A stretch of 64,000 nt of DNA, taken from NCBI GenBank assembly GCA_051251855.1, contig JBPOGI010000007.1, positions 256,001 through 320,000 of the forward strand, in the 5' to 3' direction. Made by a program: the position numbers and the translations under genes. Origin of the DNA: Roseibacillus sp. GTDB lineage: Bacteria > Verrucomicrobiota > Verrucomicrobiia > Verrucomicrobiales > Akkermansiaceae. Shown here piece after piece: positions 30,501 through 40,180 of the stretch. The notes beneath the pieces are model-generated. The model saw only the letters and a program-made list of their open reading frames with translations. It did not search any database and was not told the DNA's origin. Each line of letters begins with the position of its first letter. The stretch's first letter is position 1.

Positions 30501-31108
30501 CAGTCATCAAAGCCCTCTACCTCGATGTCGAAGCTCGCAACCCGCTGAACCATCTCAAAACCGCCTACTTTGGCCACTTCCGCGAGCCCACGATTCGCAC
30601 CGTCCATCTCGCGCGCATGCTGAAGCTGGACCAATACAACGAACTCCTTTGGTGGGACTGGGGTTACTACAATGACCAATCACTCCAAGAGCCCATGGCT
30701 TCTCCCTCAGTCTTCAACTACTACCGCCCAGACTTCAGTCTCTTCGGCACCCTCGCTGAAAACGAACTCGATTCCCCTGCACTCGGCATCGTGAACTCCT
30801 ACTCTTCCATTTCGTTTACCAACTACCTTTGGAAGATTTGCGACGAAGGCTTCGAGCAACACGGCAACGCCCACCAATTCTGGGACGACAAAAAGTTCCC
30901 CCCTGACTTCACCGAGTTAGAGACCCTCGCCAGCAACGTGCCCAACATTCTCGATCACCTGTCCATTCTCTTCTGCGGCGGCACCCTCAGCGCCGAATCT
31001 CGCGCTATTATCACTCCCATTTTACAGTCGGAACCTGACCTCACAGACCGAGCCCGCCTCGCCGTCTTCCTTGTTTTGATCGCACCCGAAGGATCCTGCC
31101 TCAAGTAA
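27530..31108 (+). CDS. DUF1800-family protein with long N-terminal extracellular domains and acidic DxDGDG repeats
   Basis: AARLLIQTTFGP, DQLRQRVAFALSQI, PDENYAREIMQLFSIGL, PSVFNYY; signal peptide; DSDGDGLTNAQE..GTDP. Confidence 0.92.
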   Translation: MKLPTQGTRPLLFLAASMCSHAIVIIEDDFDSETLGNTTGTNQTIGSTPFRTRNSLNTEVVSPHAAFTSASGNALQLKTSSSTGGGYGAISPAGGEVTLPVALSNGDLLRVSFDMYVQNVPASSSNVEFQLRPNGNNDGVTEYDFVDLHGATPGDVMTVVADFVVGSSGNLSTSTTTLNTFIHFDGVNNNFGEDVNIAQIDNLKFEVFDPTSIPTVLTSDDFNFRSNGNIYPNNGSANQGGTNQGDIIVRPGFNLSTVSLSPATDFLFRWTDLDLDGLGGNNDFVDFTVRATSGTSDDITFGGEGIAIDNNGSGALDPGETLTFEIVDVQLSANTAGSVNFDGFIGAGFFASGNNGGGTTTGEISCSLNGNPATVNLNGTGYTNATTHLTFGSPALSAVFSNIVHTPGTISPNGRARDFDLKFTYTPSGGAFTGLPPHGITMSPDNQDLDANGLPDVWEALYSAQGVDPTGDSDGDGLTNAQESLVGTDPFDPYSTFAFEIAPMDANNVTLAWTYLPSRTGNLQSSTDLGVSAAWTPHSGSATLSNGMWQLDTPTNLDANFFRVESSADDVDGDGVPDWLEPLLGFSNAAGASQSAYQDQSYDTTGDGNADTFVSGDLAAFNEIYRTPETGKSMTRAQAARLLIQTTFGPASMSQVDYVASIGVEAWLDEQIARTSTLTQPYINAIKDDLQAAPQYDWTSSTLSGYQINGGGGGNPYVGGPNYQTAWMRSSLQGEDQLRQRVAFALSQILVASKFGANLGNQPRSIANYYDMMIEGAFGNFEDLLLDVSLHPLMGNYLSHLENQVADPSIGRYPDENYAREIMQLFSIGLWELNPDGTQKLDSNDEPIPTYNNTDITNLAEVFTGVGYAANNFGGGWREDGDSANQYMTTPMKLFASHHDWTAKNIPIGVDSNGNRLYHTIPANPTGDDVDALAEVATVVNQLVNHPNCAPFICRQLIQFLVTSNPSPDYVQRVASVFSNNGSGVTGDMEAVIKALYLDVEARNPLNHLKTAYFGHFREPTIRTVHLARMLKLDQYNELLWWDWGYYNDQSLQEPMASPSVFNYYRPDFSLFGTLAENELDSPALGIVNSYSSISFTNYLWKICDEGFEQHGNAHQFWDDKKFPPDFTELETLASNVPNILDHLSILFCGGTLSAESRAIITPILQSEPDLTDRARLAVFLVLIAPEGSCLK

Positions 31109-31130
31109 CCACTTTTCCCATCCAAATTCC

Positions 31131-32591
31131 ATGAGCTCAAATAAAAGCCGCCGCCAATTTCTGGGAGAAGCCTCTTGTGCCTCCATCGGCTGCATCTCAA
31201 CCCTTTCCACCCTCCTCAATCTCAAGCTCGCCAATCAGGCAGCCGCCTCTGGCCTGACGCCTGGCGACGATTGTAAAACCCTCGTCTGCATCCTCATGGC
31301 TGGTGGCTGCGACACCTTCAATCTCCTCGTCCGCCGTGATTCTGGATACGCAGACTATGCCGCTTCCCGCACCGACATGGCACTCGGCCACAACTCCGGA
31401 GGCGCGAGTGCCCTCGAAAACCTCAACCAAGCTGCCGGCAATGACGGCAATCAATACGGCATTCACCCCTCTTGTCCCGAACTCGCCGAGATGTTCAACG
31501 GCACCGGAGCCTTCTCAGGATACGGTCCCCGCCTCTCCTTTGTCGCGAATGTCGGAACCCTCATCCAGCCCCTGACCGTTTCGGAGTATAACAACCCCGC
31601 CAACAGCACCCCTGTTCCCAAGTCCCTCTTCTCTCACATTGACCAAATCAATCAGTGGCAAACCTCCCTCCCCCAAGGAGCCGCCGAACTCACTGGCTGG
31701 GCCGGAAGGATGGCCGACCTCATTCACTCCGATTACAATACCGAGGCCACTTCAATGTCGATCTCGCTGGCAGGAAACAACATTTTCCAAATCGGAAAAC
31801 AAACCCTCCAACTGGCCATTACCAGCAGCGGAGCCCTTCTTCCCACTGGAAATTCAGCCAGCCTCAACTCCACCACCGGCCGCAAAAATCTCGGCATCGA
31901 TAGCCTCATCAGCTCGACCTACAACAACATGGTTCAGGACGCCTTCGCCGGCCACATGAAGTCCTCTTTCGACGCCCAAGAAGCCTTCAAGATCGTCTTC
32001 GATGCCGTCGACACCTCCGCTGTCCCTGCCGCCCTCGAAACCACCCTCAATAGCAGCAACGTCGGCAAACAGCTCTACGCCGCCGCCAAGACTATCAAAG
32101 CCCGCCAAGACCTAGGCCTGCGTCGCAACACCATCTTCATCCAACGCGGAGGCTGGGACCATCATGGCGAGCTTCTCAACACTCAAGCCGGCATGCTCGC
32201 CGAGCTCTCTGAGGCCATCGCCGCCTATCAACAAGTGCTCGAAATCCTCGGAGTTGCCAACGACGTCATCTCCTACACCGCCTCCGACTTTGGACGCACC
32301 CTACGCTCCAACGGACGAGGCACCGACCACGCCTGGGGAGGCAACCAAATGGTTTGGGGAGCCCCCATCGAAGCCGGAAAAGTGCACGGAACCTTCCCCG
32401 ACCTCGCCCTGCAAGAGAACGGCGGCCTCGACGACATCGGCCTTGGAGGACGCATCCTCCCAACCACCTCAACAGATAAATTCTTTGGCGAAATGGCCAC
32501 TTGGTTCGGAGTTGATTCTGCAGAAATGCCCGCAGTGCTTCCCAACCTCAGCAACTTCTCCACCGAACCCGACCTCAACTTCATCTCGTGA
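31131..32591 (+). CDS. DUF1501-family Tat-exported protein
   Basis: SRRQFLG Tat motif, LFSHIDQ, GGWDHH, SDFGRTLRSNGRGTDHAWGG; canonical partner of DUF1800. Confidence 0.92.
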   Translation: MSSNKSRRQFLGEASCASIGCISTLSTLLNLKLANQAAASGLTPGDDCKTLVCILMAGGCDTFNLLVRRDSGYADYAASRTDMALGHNSGGASALENLNQAAGNDGNQYGIHPSCPELAEMFNGTGAFSGYGPRLSFVANVGTLIQPLTVSEYNNPANSTPVPKSLFSHIDQINQWQTSLPQGAAELTGWAGRMADLIHSDYNTEATSMSISLAGNNIFQIGKQTLQLAITSSGALLPTGNSASLNSTTGRKNLGIDSLISSTYNNMVQDAFAGHMKSSFDAQEAFKIVFDAVDTSAVPAALETTLNSSNVGKQLYAAAKTIKARQDLGLRRNTIFIQRGGWDHHGELLNTQAGMLAELSEAIAAYQQVLEILGVANDVISYTASDFGRTLRSNGRGTDHAWGGNQMVWGAPIEAGKVHGTFPDLALQENGGLDDIGLGGRILPTTSTDKFFGEMATWFGVDSAEMPAVLPNLSNFSTEPDLNFIS

Positions 32592-32605
32592 CTAAAGTTG
32601 ATTGG

Positions 32606-32639
32606 CTAGTGCAGCGTTATTTTTGAAACGGTGCACTAG
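32606..32639. terminator. Hairpin after the DUF1800/DUF1501 pair
   Basis: CTAGTGCA-GCGTT...AACGG-TGCACTAG inverted repeat; no clear U-tract. Confidence 0.4.
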
Positions 32640-32746
32640 AGTCAGCCTCGCCCTCTCAGGCCTTCGGTTCAGGCCTCTGGATTCTCGAAGAACTGCACGA
32701 CACCGCGTCACCTTGACTCTCGCAGGCCAAGTCCCGACCCTCAGCC

Positions 32747-33979
32747 ATGGCTCTCAATTTCATTTGGCTCGCCTTCTTCGTCATCGCCTTCGTGGTCGCT
32801 CTCGCCAAAACCCTCTTCTGGGGTGACCTCACCGTCTTTCCCGCCATGATGGAAGCTCTCTTCGATATGGCTAAAATCGGAACCACTCTTTCCCTCGGCT
32901 ATATCGGCGGCATGGCCCTTTGGCTCGGTATCATGCGCATCGGAGAAAAATCAGGTGCAGTCAACATGCTCGCTCGCCTCATCAATCCTCTCTTTTCTCG
33001 TCTCTTTCCTGAAGTCCCCAAAGGCCATCCTGCTCAAGGTTCCATCATCATGAACTTTGCCGCCAACCTGTTAGGCCTCGACAATGCCGCCACCCCTCTC
33101 GGCCTCAAGGCCATGAAGGATCTGCAAGACCTCAACCCTGTCAAAGACACCGCCTCCAACGCGCAGATCATGTTTCTCGTCCTCAACACCAGTGGACTCA
33201 CCATCATTCCCGTCTCGGTGATGATTCTTCGCTCCGCAGCAGGCGCGGGCAATCCCGCCGACATCTTTGTCCCCATCCTCATCGCCACTTACTGCTCGTC
33301 CTTCGTCGGCCTCTTACTCGTGTCCATCCTGCAGCGAATCAACCTCATCCAAATCCCCGTCCTCCTCTGGCTCGGCGGCATGACCACCTGCATTGCCGCT
33401 CTGGCCTCCTACTTTCAAAGCCTTGCTCAAAGCGACGTCGAAGCCCAATCCGCCCTCCTCGCCGCTCTCGTCATCTTTACCGTCGTCATCGGCTTCTTCA
33501 TCTTGGGCGCGGTGCGTAAAGTGAATGTCTATGAAGAGTTCGTCGAAGGAGCCAAAGAAGGTTTCGGGGTCGCCGTCAAAATCATCCCCTTCCTTGTCGC
33601 GATGCTCGTCGCAGTCGGCGTTTTCCGGGCCTCGGGCAGCTTTAACGCCATCACCGACACCGTTGGCAAAGGCGCTCAAGTGGTAGGCATGGATGACCGC
33701 TGGGTAGAGGCCCTCCCCACCGCCATGATGAAACCTCTCTCCGGCTCCGGCGCCCGCGGATTGGCCGCCGAGGCCATGGAAACCCACGGCGTGGACAGCT
33801 TTGCAGGAAGGCTCGCCTGCACCTTCCAAGGCTCCACCGAAACCACCTTCTACGTCCTCGCGGTCTACTTTGGTTCCGTAGGTATCCGAAAAACACGCTA
33901 CGCCCTCATCGCGGGACTCTCGGCTGACTTTGCCGGGATCATTGCCGCCATATTCATTGCCTACGCCTTCTTTGGGTAA
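32747..33979 (+). CDS. Fused SpmA/SpmB-like nucleoside-recognition (Gate) domain membrane protein
   Basis: ANLLGLDNAATPLGLKAM, MKPLSGSGARG, GSTETTFYVLAVYFG. Confidence 0.88.
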   Translation: MALNFIWLAFFVIAFVVALAKTLFWGDLTVFPAMMEALFDMAKIGTTLSLGYIGGMALWLGIMRIGEKSGAVNMLARLINPLFSRLFPEVPKGHPAQGSIIMNFAANLLGLDNAATPLGLKAMKDLQDLNPVKDTASNAQIMFLVLNTSGLTIIPVSVMILRSAAGAGNPADIFVPILIATYCSSFVGLLLVSILQRINLIQIPVLLWLGGMTTCIAALASYFQSLAQSDVEAQSALLAALVIFTVVIGFFILGAVRKVNVYEEFVEGAKEGFGVAVKIIPFLVAMLVAVGVFRASGSFNAITDTVGKGAQVVGMDDRWVEALPTAMMKPLSGSGARGLAAEAMETHGVDSFAGRLACTFQGSTETTFYVLAVYFGSVGIRKTRYALIAGLSADFAGIIAAIFIAYAFFG

Positions 33980-34042
33980 TTGGGAGACAACTCAATTGTT
34001 CTTTCCTTCAATTCCAAGACAATTGAAGACATTACTTCTTTG

Positions 34043-36523
34043 ATGAAACGACTGTCGACCCTTGCCGTCTTCCTACTCTCCCTAGCTTTCTCTTGCCTGT
34101 GCTCCCAAGCTCGCGAGCGAGTAAGCTTCAACGAAGGGTGGCGCTTTCACAATGATAAGGCCGAAGGCGCTGAAGGCCTCGAGTTCGATGACTCCGGTTG
34201 GAGAGAACTCAATCTCCCCCACGACTGGGCCATCGAAGGCCCCTTCGACGTGAAATACAACGCCCGTAGCGGAGGCCTCCCCTTCCACGGCACTGGCTGG
34301 TATCGCAAATCCTTTACCGTCCCGGAATCCGCTCGAAACCAAGTCGTCACCCTCGAATTCGATGGAGCGATGTATAACGCGCACGTCTGGATCAATGGCC
34401 ACTTCCTCGGCAACCGCCCCTTTGGTTACATCGGTTTCCAATACGAGCTCTCCACCTATCTCAACTTCAAAGAAGAAAACGTCATCGCCGTCCGACTCGA
34501 GCCCGAAGACCTTTCCTCACGTTGGTATCCCGGCGCCGGGCTCTACCGCAACACTTGGCTCGAATTCAAGAACCCCGTCCACATCGACCATTGGGGCACT
34601 TTCGTGAGCACTCCAAGCATCTCGAAAGAAGTCGCCGAAGTCCGAGTCGCGAGCGAACTTCGCAACTCAAGCCCCGGCCGTCGCGACGTTCTGTTAGAAA
34701 TCGAAATCCAAGACCCCTCTGGCAAGTCCGTGGCCAAGACCTCCCGCCAAGTTTCCCTCAATCCTAACTCTAACCTGACCATCACCTCGTCCGTTGAGGT
34801 AGCCACCCCTCAACTCTGGGACATCGAAAGCCCCGTCCTCTACACCGCCCTCACTCGCGTCCTCTCTAACACCACCGAACTCGACCTGACCAAAACTCCC
34901 TTCGGCATTCGCACCGTAGAATACATCGCCGGAGACGGCTTCCACCTCAATGGCCGTCGCGTCCAAATCAACGGCGTCTGCATGCACCACGACCTCGGAG
35001 CCCTCGGTGCCGCGGTCCACCCGCGCGCTGTCGAACGCCAACTAGAAATCATGCAATCGATGGGTGTAAACTCCATCCGCACCGCTCACAATCCCCCTTC
35101 ACCCGAAGTCCTGCAAGCCTGCGACCGCCTCGGCATCCTTGTTCAATGCGAAGCCTTCGATTGTTGGGAAATGCCCAAAATCCCGAACGGCTACAACAAG
35201 TTCTTCGCCGAATGGCACGAGCGCGACCTCCGCGACATGATTCGCGCCTACCGCAACCATCCCTCAGTCATCATGTGGTCCATCGGCAACGAGATTTTGG
35301 AACAAGGGACCAAAGACGGCTGGAAACTCGCCCGTCACCTGCACCGCATTTGCAAAGACGAAGACCCCACTCGCCTCACCTCCGCCGGCTTCAACTACTA
35401 TCCCGCCTCCGTCAAAAACGGTCTCGCTGCCGAAATCGATATCCCTGGATTCAACTACAAGCCCCTCGCTTACGCTGAAGTCGCCAAGGAATATCCCGAC
35501 TGGCACATCCTCGCCTCCGAGACTTCCTCCTGCACCTCCACTCGTGGCGTCTATCACCTTCCTATCGAAAAATACAAAACCCACCCTTCTCTCCACGTCA
35601 CCTCCTACGATCTCATCGGCCCCTCTTGGGCTTACCCCCCTGACATCGAATTCCGCTTCCTTGCCGAAACTCCCCGCACCATGGGCGAATACATCTGGAC
35701 CGGCTTCGACTACCTCGGCGAGCCCACTCCTTATGGCGGCCGCGACAACTCCACTAACGGATATTGGAATGACGACTGGCCCGCACGCTCCTCCTCTTTT
35801 GGGGCTGTTGACTTGTGTGGCTTCCCCAAAGACCGCTACTTCCTCTATCAGTCCCAATGGACAAAGGTAGAAGACAAGCCCATGGTGCATCTTCTTCCTC
35901 ATTGGAATTGGGAAGGTAAGGAAGGCGTCTCCATTCCTGTCTTCGTCTACACCAACGCCTCGGAAGCCGAGCTTTTCCTCAACGGCAAATCCTTAGGCCG
36001 TAAAAAGAAGGGCGTTGATACGCCCGCCATCAAAGTAGCGTTCAACAAGTGGGAAGAGGGCGATTACAACACCCCCTACCGTCTCGGCTGGGAAGTCCCT
36101 TATGCTGCTGGCGAGCTGAAGGTCGTCGCTTACCACAATGGAAAGATAGTTGCCGAAAAGGCCCACCGAACCGCAGGCCCTCCCCACTCCATCAAGCTCA
36201 CTCCCGACCGCACGGCAATCGGCGACGACGGCACCGACCTCAGCTTTGTTACCGTCACTATTCACGACAAGGACGGCAACTTCTGCCCCCTCGCCAATGT
36301 CCAAGTCGATTTTGCAATCGAAGGTGAAGGCGAAATTATTGCCGTCGACAACGGAAACTCGGCCTCGGTGGAACCCTTCCAAGCAATGACCCGCAAAACC
36401 TTCAACGGCATGGCTCTCGCCGTCGTTCGCAGGGAAAAAGGCTCCAAGAAATGGATTCACCTCGCCGCCAGCTCACCGGGTCTTGAAGTCGCCAACAAGA
36501 CCATCACTTATCTCAAAAAGTAG
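34043..36523 (+). CDS. Glycoside hydrolase family 2 (beta-galactosidase-like), secreted
   Basis: LPHDWAI, GWYRKSF, SRWYPGAGLYR, GVCMHHD, RTAHNP, RNHPSVIMWSIGNE, WTGFDYLGEPTPY. Confidence 0.93.
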   Translation: MKRLSTLAVFLLSLAFSCLCSQARERVSFNEGWRFHNDKAEGAEGLEFDDSGWRELNLPHDWAIEGPFDVKYNARSGGLPFHGTGWYRKSFTVPESARNQVVTLEFDGAMYNAHVWINGHFLGNRPFGYIGFQYELSTYLNFKEENVIAVRLEPEDLSSRWYPGAGLYRNTWLEFKNPVHIDHWGTFVSTPSISKEVAEVRVASELRNSSPGRRDVLLEIEIQDPSGKSVAKTSRQVSLNPNSNLTITSSVEVATPQLWDIESPVLYTALTRVLSNTTELDLTKTPFGIRTVEYIAGDGFHLNGRRVQINGVCMHHDLGALGAAVHPRAVERQLEIMQSMGVNSIRTAHNPPSPEVLQACDRLGILVQCEAFDCWEMPKIPNGYNKFFAEWHERDLRDMIRAYRNHPSVIMWSIGNEILEQGTKDGWKLARHLHRICKDEDPTRLTSAGFNYYPASVKNGLAAEIDIPGFNYKPLAYAEVAKEYPDWHILASETSSCTSTRGVYHLPIEKYKTHPSLHVTSYDLIGPSWAYPPDIEFRFLAETPRTMGEYIWTGFDYLGEPTPYGGRDNSTNGYWNDDWPARSSSFGAVDLCGFPKDRYFLYQSQWTKVEDKPMVHLLPHWNWEGKEGVSIPVFVYTNASEAELFLNGKSLGRKKKGVDTPAIKVAFNKWEEGDYNTPYRLGWEVPYAAGELKVVAYHNGKIVAEKAHRTAGPPHSIKLTPDRTAIGDDGTDLSFVTVTIHDKDGNFCPLANVQVDFAIEGEGEIIAVDNGNSASVEPFQAMTRKTFNGMALAVVRREKGSKKWIHLAASSPGLEVANKTITYLKK

Positions 36524-36606
36524 CGAGCTCTCGGAGCCGAATAGCTCGGTTTTCTCACGGAACACGAGAAATTCGCCCGCAGGGCCGACTGTGTCGGGGC
36601 TAGGCC

Positions 36607-36840
36607 CCGATAGGCACTGAGACAGGCTGTCTAACAAGTCATTAGGTTCTACCTCTCTCAGTGCCGTATCGGTCGAAATATTGCGACAGCAATCGGGAGA
36701 GTGGTCTTTGAAAGCCGCTACCTTAAACTTTGGTCAGGTGAGGGTAGGCCTGCTGACCTTCGAATCCTTGAATCAGTAGCCTTTGAACTAGCCTTCCGAA
36801 TCGCGATCAACCCCAGCGGCTTACAAAGCCGCTCTCCCGA
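36607..36840. repeat. Two REP-like inverted pairs between convergent genes
   Basis: CCGATAGGCACTGAGA (36607) / TCTCAGTGCCGTATCGG (36656); TCGGGAGAGTGGTCTTTGAAAGCCGCT (36693) / AGCGGCTTACAAAGCCGCTCTCCCGA (36815). Confidence 0.65.
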
Positions 36841-36912
36841 GCCTGCGGCCCTCACCTTCGATACAAACTCGCGTTTCGGACCAGTAACTGTCCTAAGCTC
36901 GTGCCATTCAGG

Positions 36913-37872
36913 CTAGGTTCCACGTTCCTTATTATAAGCCGCAATAATTCGGCCCACAACCTCGTGCCGCACCACATCCTCAGCCTGCAAAGTCACAAGG
37001 GAGATTCCCTCAACATTAGCTAAAGCTCGCTCCGCTTCCGCCAGCCCGGACTGCTGCCCATCTTTGAGGTCCACTTGACTGCCATCCCCCGTCACCGCGC
37101 ACCGAGAGCCTTCTCCAATACGCGTCAGAAACATAAACATCTGCTCCGGGGTAGTATTCTGAGCTTCATCCAAAATCACAAAGCTTCGCGCCAGCGTACG
37201 ACCACGCATGTAGGCCAAGGGAGCAATCTCAATAGTGCCGTCATCGAGATACTTCTGCCCCTCCTCAGGACCCAGCATGTCGTGTAAAGCATCGTAAAGA
37301 GGACGTAAATAGGGAGCTACTTTCTCCTGCATATCACCCGGCAAAAAACCCAAGGCTTCACCCGCCTCCACTGCCGGACGCGTCAGAACAACCCGATGAA
37401 CTATTTTATCTTTTAGAAGCGCCAAAGCCATTGCCATCGCCAAATAGGTCTTCCCTGTTCCTGCTGGTCCTAGGCCGAAAGTAACATCGTGATTCTGCAT
37501 TGCCGAAATATAGGCCGCTTGTCCCGGCGACTTCGGCACCACTGCCTTACCACCCCGTGCACCCAGCAACTTAATCTGAACCATCTTGGTCACGCTCTGC
37601 TCGGACTCACGCAACACCAAATCCACTGCCAACTTAAAGTCACGCCCAGTAAGTAAAGCCCCTCCCCGACGTGCCTCTTCCAAATCACTGAAAACCTTTT
37701 CCGCTTGAGAAAGATTCTCTTTCTCTCCCTCCATCAAAATCCACCCATCTCTCGTGACCACCTTTTCAAGCGAAAGCTTGTCCTCCAAGTAGGATAAAGC
37801 CCTTTCATCCCCACCTAACAGAGAATGGAGAAAGACACCGGATTCAAAATCCAATTTTAAAGATTCACTCAT
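36913..37872 (-). CDS. phoH: PhoH-family ATPase
   Basis: GPAGTGKT, LTRPAVEAGEALGFLPG, AYMRGRT, LDEAQN, DVVRH. Confidence 0.93.
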   Translation of the reverse strand: MSESLKLDFESGVFLHSLLGGDERALSYLEDKLSLEKVVTRDGWILMEGEKENLSQAEKVFSDLEEARRGGALLTGRDFKLAVDLVLRESEQSVTKMVQIKLLGARGGKAVVPKSPGQAAYISAMQNHDVTFGLGPAGTGKTYLAMAMALALLKDKIVHRVVLTRPAVEAGEALGFLPGDMQEKVAPYLRPLYDALHDMLGPEEGQKYLDDGTIEIAPLAYMRGRTLARSFVILDEAQNTTPEQMFMFLTRIGEGSRCAVTGDGSQVDLKDGQQSGLAEAERALANVEGISLVTLQAEDVVRHEVVGRIIAAYNKERGT

Positions 37873-38059
37873 GGCGCATGAAAGAGCCATTGCCAGTGAA
37901 AGGATTTCAACAATAAAGTCAACTTTCGCCCATTCATTAATAAGTCCTAAAGAGCTAGCTTTATGAAAAATAGGTAATGACGTGTATTCCATTAATCCAA
38001 AGCAACTAAAGCTTCTCATCGCTCATTGCCCGTGCTTAAAACCTTTTGTTGTCTAATTC

Positions 38060-38236
38060 ATGAGAAAACTTTTAATTACAATGACTTCCGTATTTGCCCT
38101 GTGCGGAAATGCGTTGGCCACTGCTCAGCAGATTGATGCGGCTGCCGAAAGTAATCTCAGTGCCGTTCCAGAGTCATCCATCGCGATACTTTTTGGGGGC
38201 CTTCTTTGGTTCCTGCTTCTCAGAAAGCGAGCCTAA
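38060..38236 (+). CDS. 58-aa miniature PEP-CTERM-like protein (not in the ORF track)
   Basis: MRKLLITMTSVFALCGNALA-TAQQIDAAAESNLSA-VPESSIAILFGGLLWFLLLRKRA: signal peptide, short linker, VPE motif, TM helix, basic tail. Confidence 0.8.
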   Translation: MRKLLITMTSVFALCGNALATAQQIDAAAESNLSAVPESSIAILFGGLLWFLLLRKRA

Positions 38237-38245
38237 GCTTCGCAC

Positions 38246-38632
38246 TTAGAGTAAGTTTCTTAAAGCAGTACTCGTCAGCTCAGGAAATGGGGAAGCTTTC
38301 CCACCGGAAACAAAGACCGTAACCATCTCTCCTCGCGCAGCCACTTGACCTCCATCCTTGAGGATGCGGAACGCCCATCGGAGGGAGCTCTTGCCCATTT
38401 CAGAAAGGCTCAGCTCAATCTCGAGTTCTTCGTCAAAGCCTACTGCTTGAAGATATTCGCACTGAACCTTCACCCGAGGCCATCCGCCCTCCTCAGAAAG
38501 AACGGGGATACCCAGAGTCTTCAATAGCTGATGCTCCGCATCTTCAGCCCATTTCAAAAATTGCGAAAAGTGCACCCGACCCGAAGCATCCGTTTCGGAA
38601 AAGGCGACTCTACGACGGAAGCTTGAAGTCAT
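38246..38632 (-). CDS. Acyl-CoA thioesterase (hotdog, 4HBT family)
   Basis: VAFSETDASGRVHFS motif; start overlaps the fabF stop. Confidence 0.88.
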   Translation of the reverse strand: MTSSFRRRVAFSETDASGRVHFSQFLKWAEDAEHQLLKTLGIPVLSEEGGWPRVKVQCEYLQAVGFDEELEIELSLSEMGKSSLRWAFRILKDGGQVAARGEMVTVFVSGGKASPFPELTSTALRNLL

Positions 38633-39879
38633 TAGACGAACTTCTTCACCACTAGCGTCGCATTGTGGCCACCAAATCCAAAACCGTTGCTCATCGCCGC
38701 ATTCACCTCTAACTCACGACTCTCATTTGGCACATAATCGAGGTCACAGTCCGGATCTTGGTCCTCGAGGTTGATGGTGGGAGGAACGACTCCCTCTTTC
38801 ACCGCCATCACACAAGCCGCCAACTCAACTGCACCCGCCGCACCAAGAAGGTGACCGGTCATTGATTTTGTCGAGCTCACCATCAGCCCATTCTTCGAAT
38901 AGTCACCAAAGGCAATCTTCATAGCCTTGGTCTCCGCAATATCTCCCAACGGCGTTGAGGTTCCGTGAGCATTGAGGTAAGCAATATCCTCAGGGTTAAG
39001 TCCCGCATGCTTCAGCGCCATCGCCATCGCTCGCGCTGGTCCGGTCCCATCTGGTGAAGGTGCGCTCAAGTGATAGGCATCTGCACTGACACCATAACCC
39101 GCCAATTCAGCGTAAATAGTCGCTCCACGAGCCTTCGCATGCTCCAACTCCTCGATAATCACCACACCAGCACCCTCTCCCATCACAAAGCCATCGCGAC
39201 CTACATCAAAGGGCCGGCTCGCACGAGTTGGGTCATCATTGCGAGTACTCAGCGCCCGCATATTTCCAAATCCAGCCAATCCCATAGGAGTAAAGCTCGC
39301 CTCAGAACCACCAGCTACAAACATATCGGCATCGCCAAACTTAATCATCCTCCATGCCTCGCCCACCGAGTTGTTCGCGGTTGCACAAGCAGTGACGATC
39401 GACATATTCGGACCACCAAAACCATACTCCATCGAGATCAGCCCACTAGCGATGTTAGAAATCATCATCGGAATCGTAAATGGCGAGACACGTGAAGGTC
39501 CCTTAGTAATGCAGGCGGTATGGTTCTTCTCCAAAGTCGCCAAACCACCAATACCGCTGCCCACCATCACCCCCACCCGGGTCTTATCCAGCTTGTCTGG
39601 ATCAACGCCAGAGTCAGCCACCGCCATTTTGGCCGCACCCATTGCCAATGCTGCGTAACGATCCACACGTCGGCCCTCTTTGGGATTGTTGAAATAAGGC
39701 AACGGATCGTATTCACGAACTTCGCCCCCGATTTTGCAGACATAGTCGGTGGCATCCATCCCCTCAATCGGGGCGATTCCACTCTTGCCTGCCTTCAGGC
39801 CTTCCCAAGTGGAAGCCCAATCATTTCCTAACGGGGTCACGCCCCCCATACCGGTAATTACTACACGTCGCTCGGTCAT
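38632..39879 (-). CDS. fabF: 3-oxoacyl-ACP synthase II
   Basis: RRVVITGMG, TACAT, NAHGTST, KSMTGHLLGAAG, GFGFGGHN. Confidence 0.97.
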   Translation of the reverse strand: MTERRVVITGMGGVTPLGNDWASTWEGLKAGKSGIAPIEGMDATDYVCKIGGEVREYDPLPYFNNPKEGRRVDRYAALAMGAAKMAVADSGVDPDKLDKTRVGVMVGSGIGGLATLEKNHTACITKGPSRVSPFTIPMMISNIASGLISMEYGFGGPNMSIVTACATANNSVGEAWRMIKFGDADMFVAGGSEASFTPMGLAGFGNMRALSTRNDDPTRASRPFDVGRDGFVMGEGAGVVIIEELEHAKARGATIYAELAGYGVSADAYHLSAPSPDGTGPARAMAMALKHAGLNPEDIAYLNAHGTSTPLGDIAETKAMKIAFGDYSKNGLMVSSTKSMTGHLLGAAGAVELAACVMAVKEGVVPPTINLEDQDPDCDLDYVPNESRELEVNAAMSNGFGFGGHNATLVVKKFV

Positions 39880-39928
39880 CTTGAATTTGTTGAAGATAGC
39901 CTAGAGCGGGGTCGCCTCTTAGCAAGTC

Positions 39929-40180
39929 TCATCCGAGTTTGCGGGACCGTCCGCGGCTCGTCACTCCTCCGCACACCTGACAGGTCCCGAACTTGGATTC
40001 CCCGCGAGCGATTTCTTCCAAAATCCCGCACTGCGCGCACTTTCTTCGGCGCTTTCTCAGCTTTCGCTTTTGCTTACGACAAGAGAGAGCAGCAAAGATC
40101 GGCCCTAAAATAAGAACCAAAATCCCAACTAGAAGGCCCCACTGCACTAGGTCTGGTAGCGAAAGGACGTATCGCTCCAT
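39929..40180 (-). CDS. Small membrane protein with a Zn-ribbon (CxxC...CxxC)
   Basis: TM helix, basic patch, CAQC and CQVC; start overlaps the upstream stop. Confidence 0.7.
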   Translation of the reverse strand: MERYVLSLPDLVQWGLLVGILVLILGPIFAALSCRKQKRKLRKRRRKCAQCGILEEIARGESKFGTCQVCGGVTSRGRSRKLG

